DNA from: Octopus vulgaris
Taxonomy: Eukaryota
NCBI GenBank assembly: GCA_951406725.2
Contig: OX597833.1
Coordinates: 19,034,001 to 19,098,000 of the forward strand
Length of the DNA stretch: 64,000 bases
Reading direction: 5' to 3'
Positions 11,629 through 23,469 of the stretch are shown in pieces. A program made the translations under genes and the position numbers. Below the pieces are notes generated by a model. It saw only the letters and a list, made by a program, of their open reading frames with translations. It was not told the origin of the DNA and searched no databases. Position 1 is the first letter of the stretch. The number at the start of each line of letters is the position of its first letter.

Positions 11629-13175
11629 ACAGCAAAATTTATATAGAGTTATCCAAGGTCCTCTTTGGCCTCAACAGAGATGACACCCAAGCCATCTCTA
11701 GGAGTCAATGGCTACATGTTAGACAAACTTAGAAAGGACCTAAGTAGCACCTTAAGCTCAATGGGTCTCAAGATCACCATTGAGATTAATCTTACTATAG
11801 TAGATTTTTTAGATGTTACTTTAGATCTGAGCTCTGGTACATACAGGCCCTATCACAAGCCAAACGAGAGACTGTCTTATATTAGCACAGCCTCCTGTTA
11901 CCCTGCGACTCCCATAGTTTTCAAGAATCTAGTGAAAGGTGTAAGCAAGAGGATCTCGAATCTATCCTCAAGCCAAGACATCTTTGATGCCACTGCCCCA
12001 CCACTATAATGAGGCACTGGCATCAAGTGGGTTTAAGGATCGCATTTCCTATATGCCTGACCCTAGCACCCAGAAAAGGAAGTGCCGCAGAAATGTCATT
12101 TGGTTTGCTCCACCCTTCTCACTCAACATCAAGATTTGTGTGGGAAAGATTTTCCTTAGATTAATAGACAAACATTTTACACACACACATAAATACAGGC
12201 ATTTGTTTAACAGGCACAGCCTAAGAGTCTTCTTTAGTTGTGCACCCAATAAAAAAAAAAAACCATTTTATGAAGTACATACAATACAAGGGAGGAGGCA
12301 GGTTGCTCTTGCAGGGTATATAATAAGTGTCCAATAGGAGGCCGATGCAAGGCTGAAGGGGTCATCTATGAAGCTACAGTGATATCGAGACCTAATATCC
12401 GTAATAACAGTAATATCAAACAGTAATATTATTAGCAGATTAACCAGGTCTCACACCAATACAATTGCCACACCCAGAGATAATAACCAAGCCAGGACCA
12501 GCATCACAGAGAGCGTCACCGAAGACCCTGGTATCATCGCTATGGATAATGAACAACCCATAGATGAAGATAGAGTGACCAGACCCACAATGTATGTGAA
12601 CACCAGTACAAACGCTGTACCTAGAAATGATGACCCATCCAGAACCAACGACTTGGAGGAGGTATCTGCCGTTCCCAGTTCCGCCACCTCAAATGAGGAC
12701 CAAACATTTATCTTTGACACTGATGGGATGACCAGCCCCGCACCATATGTTACCAGGAGTGCAAATAAGGCCACATCCCATGTTTATAAATATATGGGTT
12801 CGGCGAATACTTCATTCAAGAGACATTTTCTTAACCACCAGTCATCCTTCAGAGTCCCAGTAAGACAGTTTGTCACATCTCTGGCTCGCTATGTGTAGCA
12901 CCTCAAAGATCAGGGACCCCATGTGATATCAGGTGGAAATTAATTGATTATCCGGGCCTGTATATTAATGGACGTGGCCGTTGCAAGATCTGCTTCAAAG
13001 AGAGAACCAAAATTCTTAAGGACTATAAGAAGCCTGGTGCATTAAACAGCTGTAAAGAAGGGTTTTCTAAATGTATCCACTTTAAGCACTAATTACTGGA
13101 AAACTGGATCTCCCCATTTGCTCGTTAAGCCTCTCCGAGTCCAGAAAAATTTTCCCCCTTTGATTAAGAGGAAAT
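11625..13175 (+). mobile_element. Penelope-like retroelement, Naiad-like, 5'-truncated: RT C-terminus plus GIY-YIG endonuclease
   Basis: FGLNRDD (GLYRDD-like, 11664), FLDVTLDLSSGTYRPYHKPN, IWFAPPFSLNIK..VGKIFLRLIDKHF, CSCRVYNKCPIGGRCKAEGVIYEATV, YMGSANTSFKRHFLNHQSSF and CKICFKE...CIH. Several frameshifts and stops. Confidence 0.88.
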
Positions 13176-14620
13176 ACACACACACACTGTCTTACTAGTT
13201 TCAGTTATTAAACTGTAGTCATGCTGGGGCATCATCTTGATAGGTATTAGTCACTCATACAGAGTCCGGTACTTATTTCACCCATATATATTTCAATAAT
13301 TACTGCTCTATCTTTTAGAGTGTACTTTTTGAGTTAGGAACACAAACACATGCAATGGTCTTCAACACACCCTTGATTCTAAAGATAAATATGGATACAT
13401 AAAGTAACTGAAGTAGTCAGAGTGTATGACAATAATTATAGCATTCAACTAAAAAAGGCAAAAAACAACAGCTCTTATTATTCTCAGTTTACATGACATA
13501 ATCAGGACTGACAGCTGGGCAACACCATCTCTGATGAAGGGATATAAATATCCCGGAAACAGCTGTAAGACGTTCTATCTATAAATGTTCTAAAATCTAC
13601 AGAGCCTTGGTTTTTTTTTATCTCATTACAAAAAAAAAATTATATATATATTTCTTTATTGCCCACAAGGGGCTAAACACAGAGGGGACAAACAAGGACA
13701 GACAAAGGGATTAAGTCAATTACATCGCCCCCAGTGTGTAACTGGTACTTTATTTATTGACCTCGAAAGGATGAAAGGAAAAGTCGACCTATGGTGGAAT
13801 TTGAGCTAAGAACGTAACGGCAGATGAAATACCTATTTCCTTACTATCCACAAGGGGCTAAACACAGAGGGGACAAACAATGACAGACAAAGGGATTAAG
13901 TCAATTACATCGCCCCCAGTGCGTAACTGGTACTTTATTTATTGACCTCGAAAGGATGAAAGGAAAAGTCGACCTATGGTGGAATTTGAGCTAAGAACGT
14001 AACGGCAGATGAAATACCTATTTCTTTACTATCCACAAGAGGCTAAACACAGAGGGGACAAACAAGAACAGACAAATGGATTAAGTCGATTACATCGACC
14101 CCAGTGCGTAACTGGTACTTAATTTATCGACCCCGAAAGGATGAAAGGCAAAGTCGACCTCAGCGGAATTTGAACTCAGAACGTAACGGAAGACGAAATA
14201 CAGCTACGCATTTCGCCCGGCATGCTAACGTTTCTGCCAGTTTGCCGCCTTTATATATAAATATATATATACACACACACACACTGTCTTACTAGTTTCA
14301 GTTATTAAACTGTAGTCATGCTGGGGCATCATCTTGATAGGTATTAGTCACTCATACAGAGTCCGGTACTTATTTCACCTATATATATTTATTGCACTAC
14401 TAAGTTAGGTGATGTTTGAGTTATGAACACAAACACATGCAATGGTCTTCAACACACTTTCCTCTCTCTCTCTAAAGATAAATATGGATACATAAAGTAA
14501 CTGAAGTAGTCAGAGTGTATGACAATAATTAAGCTTCAACTAGTAAAAGGCAAAAAACAACAGCTCTTATTATTCTCAGTTTACATGACATAATCAGGAC
14601 TGACAGCTGGGCAACACCAT
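13174..14620 (+). repeat. ~350-bp direct duplication (13174-13528 and 14269-14620)
   Basis: Both copies run from acacactgtcttactagtttcag to gacagctgggcaacaccat and are near-identical apart from two divergent blocks. Confidence 0.95.
13526..13572 (+). ncRNA. Minimal type I hammerhead ribozyme motif downstream of the Naiad-like element
   Basis: catct-CTGATGA-a-gggata taaa tatccc-g-GAAA-c agct g-TA-agacg. Palindromic stem III ACAGCTGT, GUA cleavage triplet. Confidence 0.85.
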
Positions 14621-14959
14621 GGTGTCTACTTTGGAATACATGATGACTGCATACATGGTTTGAAAAAACGAAGAGGGATCAAGGCTTCCAAATAAGTTAC
14701 CCACAAACTTTTAAGAAACCAACCAACTATTTTGATCATATTCCGAGTTATATGAACATAAAATCCAGATAGATTTCATTCTCACCAAGAAATGAGATAA
14801 ACAGATGGTTGTGATTAATAAGTCCTTCTCCAGTGAAGAATGTATAACGTTGGAAAGAAGGTCCTGTCACATCTCTGACAATCATTTTGAGGGTATTTTT
14901 TCAAAAAATTAAAGTAAAATCAGCACTGACTTCTACATTTTTAATATTATTTTACTTTT

Positions 14960-16092
14960 TTTGCAGATTACTTCATACAGCAGTGGTGAAATTCATATTG
15001 ATTTTACTCTTTTAAAATGAGTTTAGATCAGACCCATATCAGATAACTTGAAAAGAACTCTTTAGCATTAGAAGCTATGTGTCTGGATAGGCCAACAATG
15101 AATGGTCCAGTTTCACTTTGGAAATTTTTCTCTTACAAATTCCCCTCAATCTAGATGATCAAGTTTTGTCAATATCGAGCTCCTGAAAACTGTAGTTGAG
15201 GAAAATCCAAATAAATTGCACGTGAATTTGTAAACCAGTTCAAGTCAAGTTACATTTCAATCATAAAACATCATGAACTAGAAAAACCGTCTAAACGTGG
15301 TCAGCGGGTCCTTCATTGTCTGGCTGCTTCCCAACTTGATCAAAGAGTTTCTCTTTAATTCTCACTGAAGAGTAGACTTACAACTGAACCGTTCCTAGGT
15401 AGAATCATCACAAGTGATGAAAAGTGGGTTCTCTATAGTCATCTAATGAAAACAACAATGGTTAGCACCCAATGAGAAAGGAGAATCCCTTCCCAAATCA
15501 GGACTACAACCCAAAAAGGTTATGCTGTGTGTTTAGTGGGATATGAAGGGTGTAATCTGCCAAGAAGTGTTAAACTAAAAAGAAATAGTTAATGCAAAGT
15601 TGTGTCATCAGTTGAAAGCATTGCTCAAAATATGGAGGTTCTGCTTCATCCTGCTTAAACTATCCTGACTTTGTTCAATCTGACAATCATCTTTTCAAAT
15701 CATTGCAACATTAGAAGGAAAACAGTTTATTAACCCTTTTGATACCAAACCACCTGAAACCGCTTCTGGCTCTGTGGTAAAATATCTTGTTTTCAAAAGT
15801 TCTGAATTAAAATCTTCCACCAAACCTTACTCACAATTTATGTTCCTAACGCAAGCTTAATGATAACGAAGTTATTTTACTAAATTCTTTGTTATATTTA
15901 AAATTAATTGAAAGAAACACAGAGCATCTCAACAGAAATATGGTAACAAAAAAAGGGTTAATGTGAAGAGACTAAAAATGATATTGGGTGTTTCTTTGTT
16001 TTGAAACCTGAAGAATTTCATACCCAAAGGAATACAGTTTGCTAAATAGATGGGATTATGTTAGAGATAATGAGAGGAAATATCTTGATTAA
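14960..16092 (+). mobile_element. Degenerate mariner transposase relic interrupted by a TTAA MITE
   Basis: DEKWVLY (~15416), PKKVMLCV*WDMKGVI (~15511), WEVLLHP..PD...SDNHLFKSLQ (~15633) and a C-terminal NRW..V..N.G.Y segment after the MITE at 15734-15957. Confidence 0.8.
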
Positions 16093-17098
16093 CTCTCTAG
16101 CCGTTTAAACTGGCCAAAATATTCTACCCGTTTCATGTTCAAACAGGCCAGATCTGGTCTCTCACACTTACCCTGCAATATTATTCCAAAATTAAACAAT
16201 CACATCAATGAATTCTCAAAGCTACTTGGTAATGTATGGCTAATTTTTTATTAATGTGAAGAAATAAGCATTACATTTGATAGAGAAATCTGAATGCAGA
16301 AGGATTAAATATGTCAATGAAGACCAAAGAAGCATTCGACAGGAATTTCTTTCCAAACCCAATACAATTCAACATAATGAATGATTAGTAACCTCAGAAT
16401 AAGTCCTAAATGAACAAGAGACAAAGACAGTGGCAAAGGAAAGCATGGAAAAGGAAACATCTTCCTGTTAAACATAATTTTGGAAAGGTTCTCATATGAC
16501 AAGGTATAGGAACAGGTAAGAAACCTATAGCAGAAAGGACATGTAGTTTCTACAAGACTACTTGCTGAAAGCTAAGACCAGTTTCATAGCTGGAGCAGAT
16601 AAAAAATTACATGGTAGCACAATATTATTGTAGAAAGAATACAAATCCTAAAAGACAAGCCAAGAAAGACTGGAAGAAAAAGAACAGTAAGTAAACAACA
16701 AGTTTACACAAACAACATAGAGAGAAGCTGAAAGCTGGTGGTTTGCCAATTTTCTGTGTGGAGAGGATCAGATGTTTGAGGTGTCCCAGATTGCAAAGTA
16801 GTATGTGAGAATTAATCAAGACACTGTTGGGGAAAAAAATGTTCAAAAGACAGTGGTGCACTTACCCTAACTATTGACAAGAAGCTTGGAAATGTTACTA
16901 CAACTTGGTACATGTTGAAATGCATGGAAGGAAAAGGAACTATCCCAACAATACCCGACAGAAGGACCAGCTACTGAAGGGAACAATAATATGAACAAAA
17001 TGGTCACTAAGAACATGACAACAGAGAAAACAGCAGGTCTAGCAGGAGATAGTCAATGAGATACTAAAATATCTTGGGTTCTTGTCTTGCAACAGAAT

Positions 17099-17475
17099 TC
17101 ACCCAGGAGGGGTTAAACCAGCTCCTATTGAGTTCACTGTGTCATGAGTCAAGGCGGTCAAGGCATGTCCATTGGCAACCAATTCTGCAGCATGTTGAAG
17201 CCATTCTAGGTTCCAGTGACGAATGCCAAAGACTTGAGGGCCAGAAATGAGCTCCATATCGGCTTTGGCTGTCATGAGCCATGTCTTCAACTGACCACCT
17301 CTCCACCTATACCAACCCAGAGGAGGATCTGGTGCTATCACCTTCAAGAAGAGTTAGTCATGAGGGCACCACAAAAAGTGATCAAACCACTAGTCTCCTC
17401 GTCAGAAGAGTTCCTTCAAGATGTGAGAGACCACAGTGAGCATACAATTGTCAGTTTGAAATGCAGTCTGAAATA
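17099..17475 (-). mobile_element. RTE-clade LINE C-terminal fragment (second family)
   Basis: PDPPLGWYRWRGGQLKTWLMTAKADMELISGPQVFGIRHWNLEWLQHAAELVAN, the typical RTE C-terminal RGG..KTW...DL...W motif. Confidence 0.7.
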
Positions 17476-19399
17476 AAATATCTGGTGAAGTGGGGCTCAA
17501 GCTGGTCACACAGTTATACAGAAAGGTACACCAATAGCTGTGTAGTAGTATAATTATTTTAATGCAACTAATTAGGAAGGTCATCAGCTTGAATCAGATA
17601 AGATGTTTTTAATTTATACCAGGTCGAAGTATTACTAATGCTAAGAGTAAACTTCTCTATCTTGCACTTGTTAATCTGGAGAAGCCTTTCATGGGACACC
17701 ACAAACTGTAGTCTAGTGGTCTTCAAGAAAATCAAATGTAGATGAAAGGGTTGTCAGAGCAATGAATACCATTCATAGAGAAGCAGTTAGTTAAGTGAGA
17801 GTTGGCAATGGAATCTGTGAAGATGCAGGAAGATGTTCCTTAAAACTTGGCTCTCAGCATTCTCTTAGCCACAATAGAGAAGTTCAAGACCAGCTGTCCA
17901 TGGGAACTCATCATCATTTAATGTCTGTTCTCCATACTGGCATGGGCTGGACAATTTGAACAGAGCTGATAAGGCCAGGGCTCACACTAGGCTCCATTGC
18001 CTGTTCTGGTATGGTTTCTATAGCTGGATGTTCTTCCTAACACCGACCACTCCACAGAGTGTACTGGGTGCTTTTTAAACATAATTCTTTTAACATGGTG
18101 CCAGCATGAAAATGCTTGTGCGATACCATGTAAAAGCACCCTGCACATTCTGTAAAGTGGTTGGCGTTAGAAAGGGCATCCAGCCATAGACACCATGCCG
18201 AATCAGTGGAAGATTTAGAGAAATTCCAGATGTGGAAATAAAACTTAGAATCAAGAGGCTTCCAAGTAAACTTAGAGAAGATTAAAGTTTTAGTGAGTAA
18301 GGAGAGAAGACAGGGCTCTACTGCCTTCAAGGAAATGGCTAATTATTGATATGCAGGAAATGACTAAGTAGAAATTTCATATGGTGTAGTAGTACCTATG
18401 GGTGCGCAAGATGTGTACTAGGATCACAGCTAGACGCCTAGGGGTAGTACAGTCAGTAAACCAGTAAAATAAATTCTTTCCACACACACATGTATGGAAG
18501 TGTACTTCTACATATAGATCATCATCATTTAATGTCTGTTGTCCATACTGGCATGGGTTGGACAGTTTAACAAGAGCTGGCAAACTGGGGAGCTGCACCA
18601 GACTCCAGTCTGATTCGGCATGGTGTCTATGGCTGGATGCCCTTCCTAACGCCAACCACTTTACAGAATGTGCAGGGTGGTTTTACATGGTATCACACAA
18701 GCATTTTCATGTGGCACTGGCACAAGTGTTTTTTACAAGACATAGGACTCTAGCAAGCTAATCTTCATCACCAGGGGGACTGGCCTTAACACTTCTGCTG
18801 TGGAGCACAAGTCTTCTCGAGTACAGCAAGGCACTAGGCATTGCTTTCTAACTATGTTTTCAGGTTTGGTAGCACTGTGCGGCACCTTGCACAAGTGTCT
18901 TTTGCCATAGCACTGGGCTGACCTGAGCCCTGTAAAAAAAAAATAGAGCAAGCCTGTCATATGTATGCATCTGCTTACCTTGACATCATCCTCCTCACAC
19001 CTCTAATTGCTACTACCACATCCCATTTTCACCTACCTCGACAGCCTCTTTGTAACCCCCTACCCAAATTGCTATCCTTTCTCTCTCCCCACATCCATGA
19101 CATCAAAACATGCTGTTTTTTAATGCCTCATTCTCCCACCAGCTTCCTCTTGCCTCATTTTCTCCATGGATATCAATGCATTTGACATTGTCATCCCTAA
19201 AGATGAAGTCTTCTGCACCTTCAAACATGTCCTTCACACCCTGCACCACAATTTATCCTTGTTCCTCAATTGTTTCTTCTTCACAGGCAAAATTTACAAT
19301 TAAGTCACTGCAGTTGCTCTAAAAACAAAGAATAGTACCCAACTATGTCAGCTTATTTGTTAGTTACATCAAGCCTCAAAATTTTTTTCCCACTTCACT

Positions 19400-20420
19400 G
19401 GTCCCACTCCAGAGCTATATGGCCATTTTGCCATCTCTCTCCTGCAAGGAGTGAAACTCTTCCATCACCTTCATCAACTCATTTCACATCTCTCTCCACT
19501 CACCTCCTCCAAATCTGAAAGCTCCCTTCGTTCCTTCAACACCACCATCTCCACTGACCATCTTATCTTCACCCTCTCCTGACATCTTCTAGAAACCCAC
19601 CAACTCCCACTCCTACTTTGACTCCTCCTCTTCATACCCTACACACACCAAGTGTTTCTATTCCAGTTTCTGCCTCTGGGACCTCTGCAGCTGTAAATAT
19701 GACTTCAAAACCCAAGTTCAACACAATCTGTCCACTGATTTCTCTCCAATCCAAGCTGCCCCTTCCTGCATTGGTCATATCTCAGCCTTTACACCCTGTG
19801 TCTGTAATCTTATCCATTGCATTCCTTTTCCTCTTACCTACCACTCTGCCCTTACAAAGCACCATCTTCTGCCTCTTCCATTGCTTACAATCTAATGCTG
19901 CCACTTCTTGCTGCTTCTCTCATCCACTCATTTATGCCTTTAAGTGTGCTAAAACCTCTACAGCCTCCTCTTCCATAGCTTCTTTCTCCCTACATCTTGT
20001 TCCCTCCTAAATCTCTTCCTTGCTTCTGTCAATGCTACCCTAACTGCTCTTTCCTTTCTAACACCACCATCCTCATTGGATCCAACTTCCATACCCTTCA
20101 TATTAGGGACTGTTGTTGCCATACCTCTAGTAATCTGATATATGTACCCTGGGACAAATCAGCTACCAAAGGGTTAACAGGTTTGTGGAACACCTCACTG
20201 ATATCTGACACTAGCAACGGCTCACCTGTCTCTTCATATTTCCATTCTGCCAATCATTCCACTCAATTCCTTTGATCTTCTGCATGGCTACCCACCATGA
20301 TCTCATACCACTCACCTCCAGTGGGAACAGGAACTCATTTTCTCTCTCCAAACTTATATGCCTTTTGGTCCGGATTCTCTGCCTCAATTCTTACTTTTTC
20401 ACTTCGCCTGCTCCATCACT
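19400..20420 (+). mobile_element. Highly degenerate Penelope/Poseidon-like retroelement
   Basis: RKPTNSHSYF..SSYP.HTK..SIP (RT thumb, ~19590), HIRDCCCHTSSNLIYV (~20099) and RFVEHLTDI..SNGSPVSSYFHSANHS (GIY-YIG C-terminal part, ~20179). Confidence 0.65.
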
Positions 20421-21878
20421 ATATCATTCCTCCCCATTTCTCTGATGCCCTCCACTCACATCTTTCCCCAGTACTGACACCACTTTCGCATCAAAGCACA
20501 AGCCCTCAACACCACTTCTGCACCAAAGCACATGCTCTCAACACACCAACTGTTTCTACATATATACACACATATTTGCAAACACCTCATTTCTTCTACC
20601 ATCTTATCCCCTACATCCCAGCACACTCACACATATATACCCACACATACTCAGCCATTCAACCACCAATTGTCTCCCTGAAACATACATAACATACCAA
20701 CACCAACCACCAGCTCTCTACATGTTTCACACTTTTTTCTCCACTTATACATGCATACATATATACACACACGAACTGGTATCAGGATGCACACCGCCCA
20801 CACGCATTCCTCCTCACTTCACCAGTCCTGCTTTCCTTGACAGCTGTGTATTACACTTTCCTTCCCTCTCCACTTCCTGTTTATTACCACCAACTCTTTA
20901 GGTAACACACACACACACACACATTGTTTCAGCTACTACTTACCTCCCTTTTTTTCTTCACTCTTCTAAACAGATTTTTTTATCCTTTAAACCCTACCAA
21001 ATTGTTTCACACCCTGCACCTTTAGCTAGCCCTTTAATATTTTGCATTGCTGCTCTTAATCATTCAACACAGCTACCTCTCCTCAGTGAAATTAACCAGA
21101 ATCTCCTCCTTGAGGATTTTACTAATTCCTTACCATCTTTTAGACACTCCATGAAATCTCTCCAGACATTTTACCAGTTTTGTAATTAAAAAAAAATAAT
21201 AATTTTTTACTCTTTTCTCCTCTTCCTAGAATACTTTTGCTTTTATTTCCTTGATAAAACATTTCACATTCACTCCATCTGTCACACCCTCCACATTACT
21301 CTTGGCTTCTCATTTGTTCCACCAAATATTTCTTTTAACCTAAGTTTCTCATAACCCTTTGGACACTCCATCAATCCTCTTCCAGGCTTTTTCCCAGTGT
21401 CCTGTAATTCATGAATGCTTTTTCTTAATTTATTCTTCAACCTCTCTTCTCTCACAGAGCTCTTAATTATTCTTTCTTTTCTCTCTTTCACTTGTTTCAG
21501 TCATCAGACTACGGCCATCTTGGAGCACCGCCTTGAAGAATATTTAGTCAAACAAATTGACCCCAGTACTTATTTTGCGTTTTTTTTTTTAAAGCCTGGT
21601 ACTTATTCTATCGGCTGTTTTTGCCAAACCGCTAAGTTATGGGACATAAACGTACTGACACCAGTTGTCTGGAAGGAGACAAACATTGACACAAAACACA
21701 CACACTCTCTAACTATATATATATATATATTTCTCTCCTTGTTTTTTCTGTGTCCTTTTCTGTAGAAAAGCGTAGGCTTGAAACCTAAAATACTTTTTCT
21801 ATTCCTGAGCGTTATACTAATACATCTGTTCGTTTTGTACACCACCTGTCTTTGTCTTTTGTTTTTTTTGTAAACTCT

Positions 21879-21931
<53 letters not shown>

Positions 21932-22015
21932 TATATATCAGTATGTCGACCTCGTGAAGACCACTTGCATTTTTTTCCCCTCTGTCCTCCCACCTCGGGA
22001 TCTTTCTTTCTCCTA

Positions 22016-22052
22016 TGTTTCCGACGAAGAGCTCCGCTCGAAACGTCATACA
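22016..22052 (+). ncRNA. Variant minimal hammerhead motif (CCGACGA core)
   Basis: tgttt-CCGACGA-a-gagc tcc gctc-GAAA-CGT-C-ataca within a (TA)n-flanked repeat at 21940-22160. A decayed relative lies at 23063-23090. Confidence 0.6.
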
Positions 22053-22149
22053 CACAACATCCTTCTTCCCTTTTTTCCTGAGCGCCCAATAATACTTTAT
22101 TTGTTCCACATCCTCGCGTTGTTGTCTTTTTGTTTTCTTGTTTGGATTA

Positions 22150-22187
<38 letters not shown>

Positions 22188-23437
22188 TAAAGAGAGAGAG
22201 AGATAGAACTAATTATCAATCTGAGCAAAATACTTCATAAGCTCTGTGGCACACCAGGCTAACAATATTGTTTAGATTAGTGAAGAACTCCAAGTATTCT
22301 TATTGCAAGGCCCAAAGGTTTATGGTTCATCACAGTTCTATATTGTAAATCCATGGTTAGGGTCCAGACAAACTGGTTTTTACACAGAGTGATACATAAG
22401 AAACAAGCTAAAAATAATGGTCATTATATATTTTTCCTTTATTGGAGCCAATATATATTTATATATACCTATATCTATATATATACACAATGGGCTTCTT
22501 TCAGTTTCCCTCTACCAAATTCACTCACAAGGCTTTGGTCAGTCCGTGGCTATAGTAGAAGACACTTGCTCAAGCTGCCAAGCAGTAGGAATGACACTCA
22601 GAACCCATGACCATATGTCTACAAAGCTAACTTCTTACCACAGTCACACTTGCACCTTTTGTTTATTTTACACCCATCCTTTCTTCCATGAAAAACCATC
22701 TCACACTCACATCCTTGCACATATCTGTCACCCCTTCCACATTCTTCTGGCCTTCCCATCTGCCTCAACTCTCACACCTGCTCACACCTTTTCTTCACAC
22801 ATACTTAATGACTACATAGTCACCCCCCCCCACACACACACACATACACACTTACCTACACCACTACACTTCTACACGTATCCCAAATAACCCACATACC
22901 CCACCCAATATGTCTGCTTCCAGACACGAATACACTCCTATATACATCCACCCTCTGCTCCCTTCAAATTTCATGCCCATCTGTTTCCTGACCTCATGTT
23001 CATTATTTCTTCTCTCATTGACTATTCCTCTTTCCCACTCTCCCTATTCTTTTCTCTTTCCTATGATGAAGAACTAATATCTGAAACGTTACAGCTTTCT
23101 CTTCCTGTTAAAGCATTAAGCTAATACCATGTTTCTTAAAAGTTATCCTTCCTGCATTTTTTTTGTTCTTTGCATTACACTATATATATGTATTCATATG
23201 TGTGTGTGCTCTCTTGTCATGATATCGCGTGATAGTTGTAAATGAGTGCCACCGTCATACAAGCAGTGTTTCTTATTTCCAATCTTCAATGGTAAAACAT
23301 CCAGTCACGGGGAAATATTACCTTGCTTAGAAACACGTGAATATTGAAGACAGGAATAACATCTGAACGTCAAACATCCGTCTGACCCATGTAAGCATGG
23401 AAAAGTGAAGAGGACATTAAAAACGACGATGATGGTG

Positions 23438-23469
<32 letters not shown>

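Noticed and set aside
12896-12898. In-frame stop in the Naiad-like endonuclease as a possible selenocysteine codon
   Set aside because: The codon is TAG at an expected Trp position (TGG to TAG), not TGA at a Cys position, and no SECIS was recognised.
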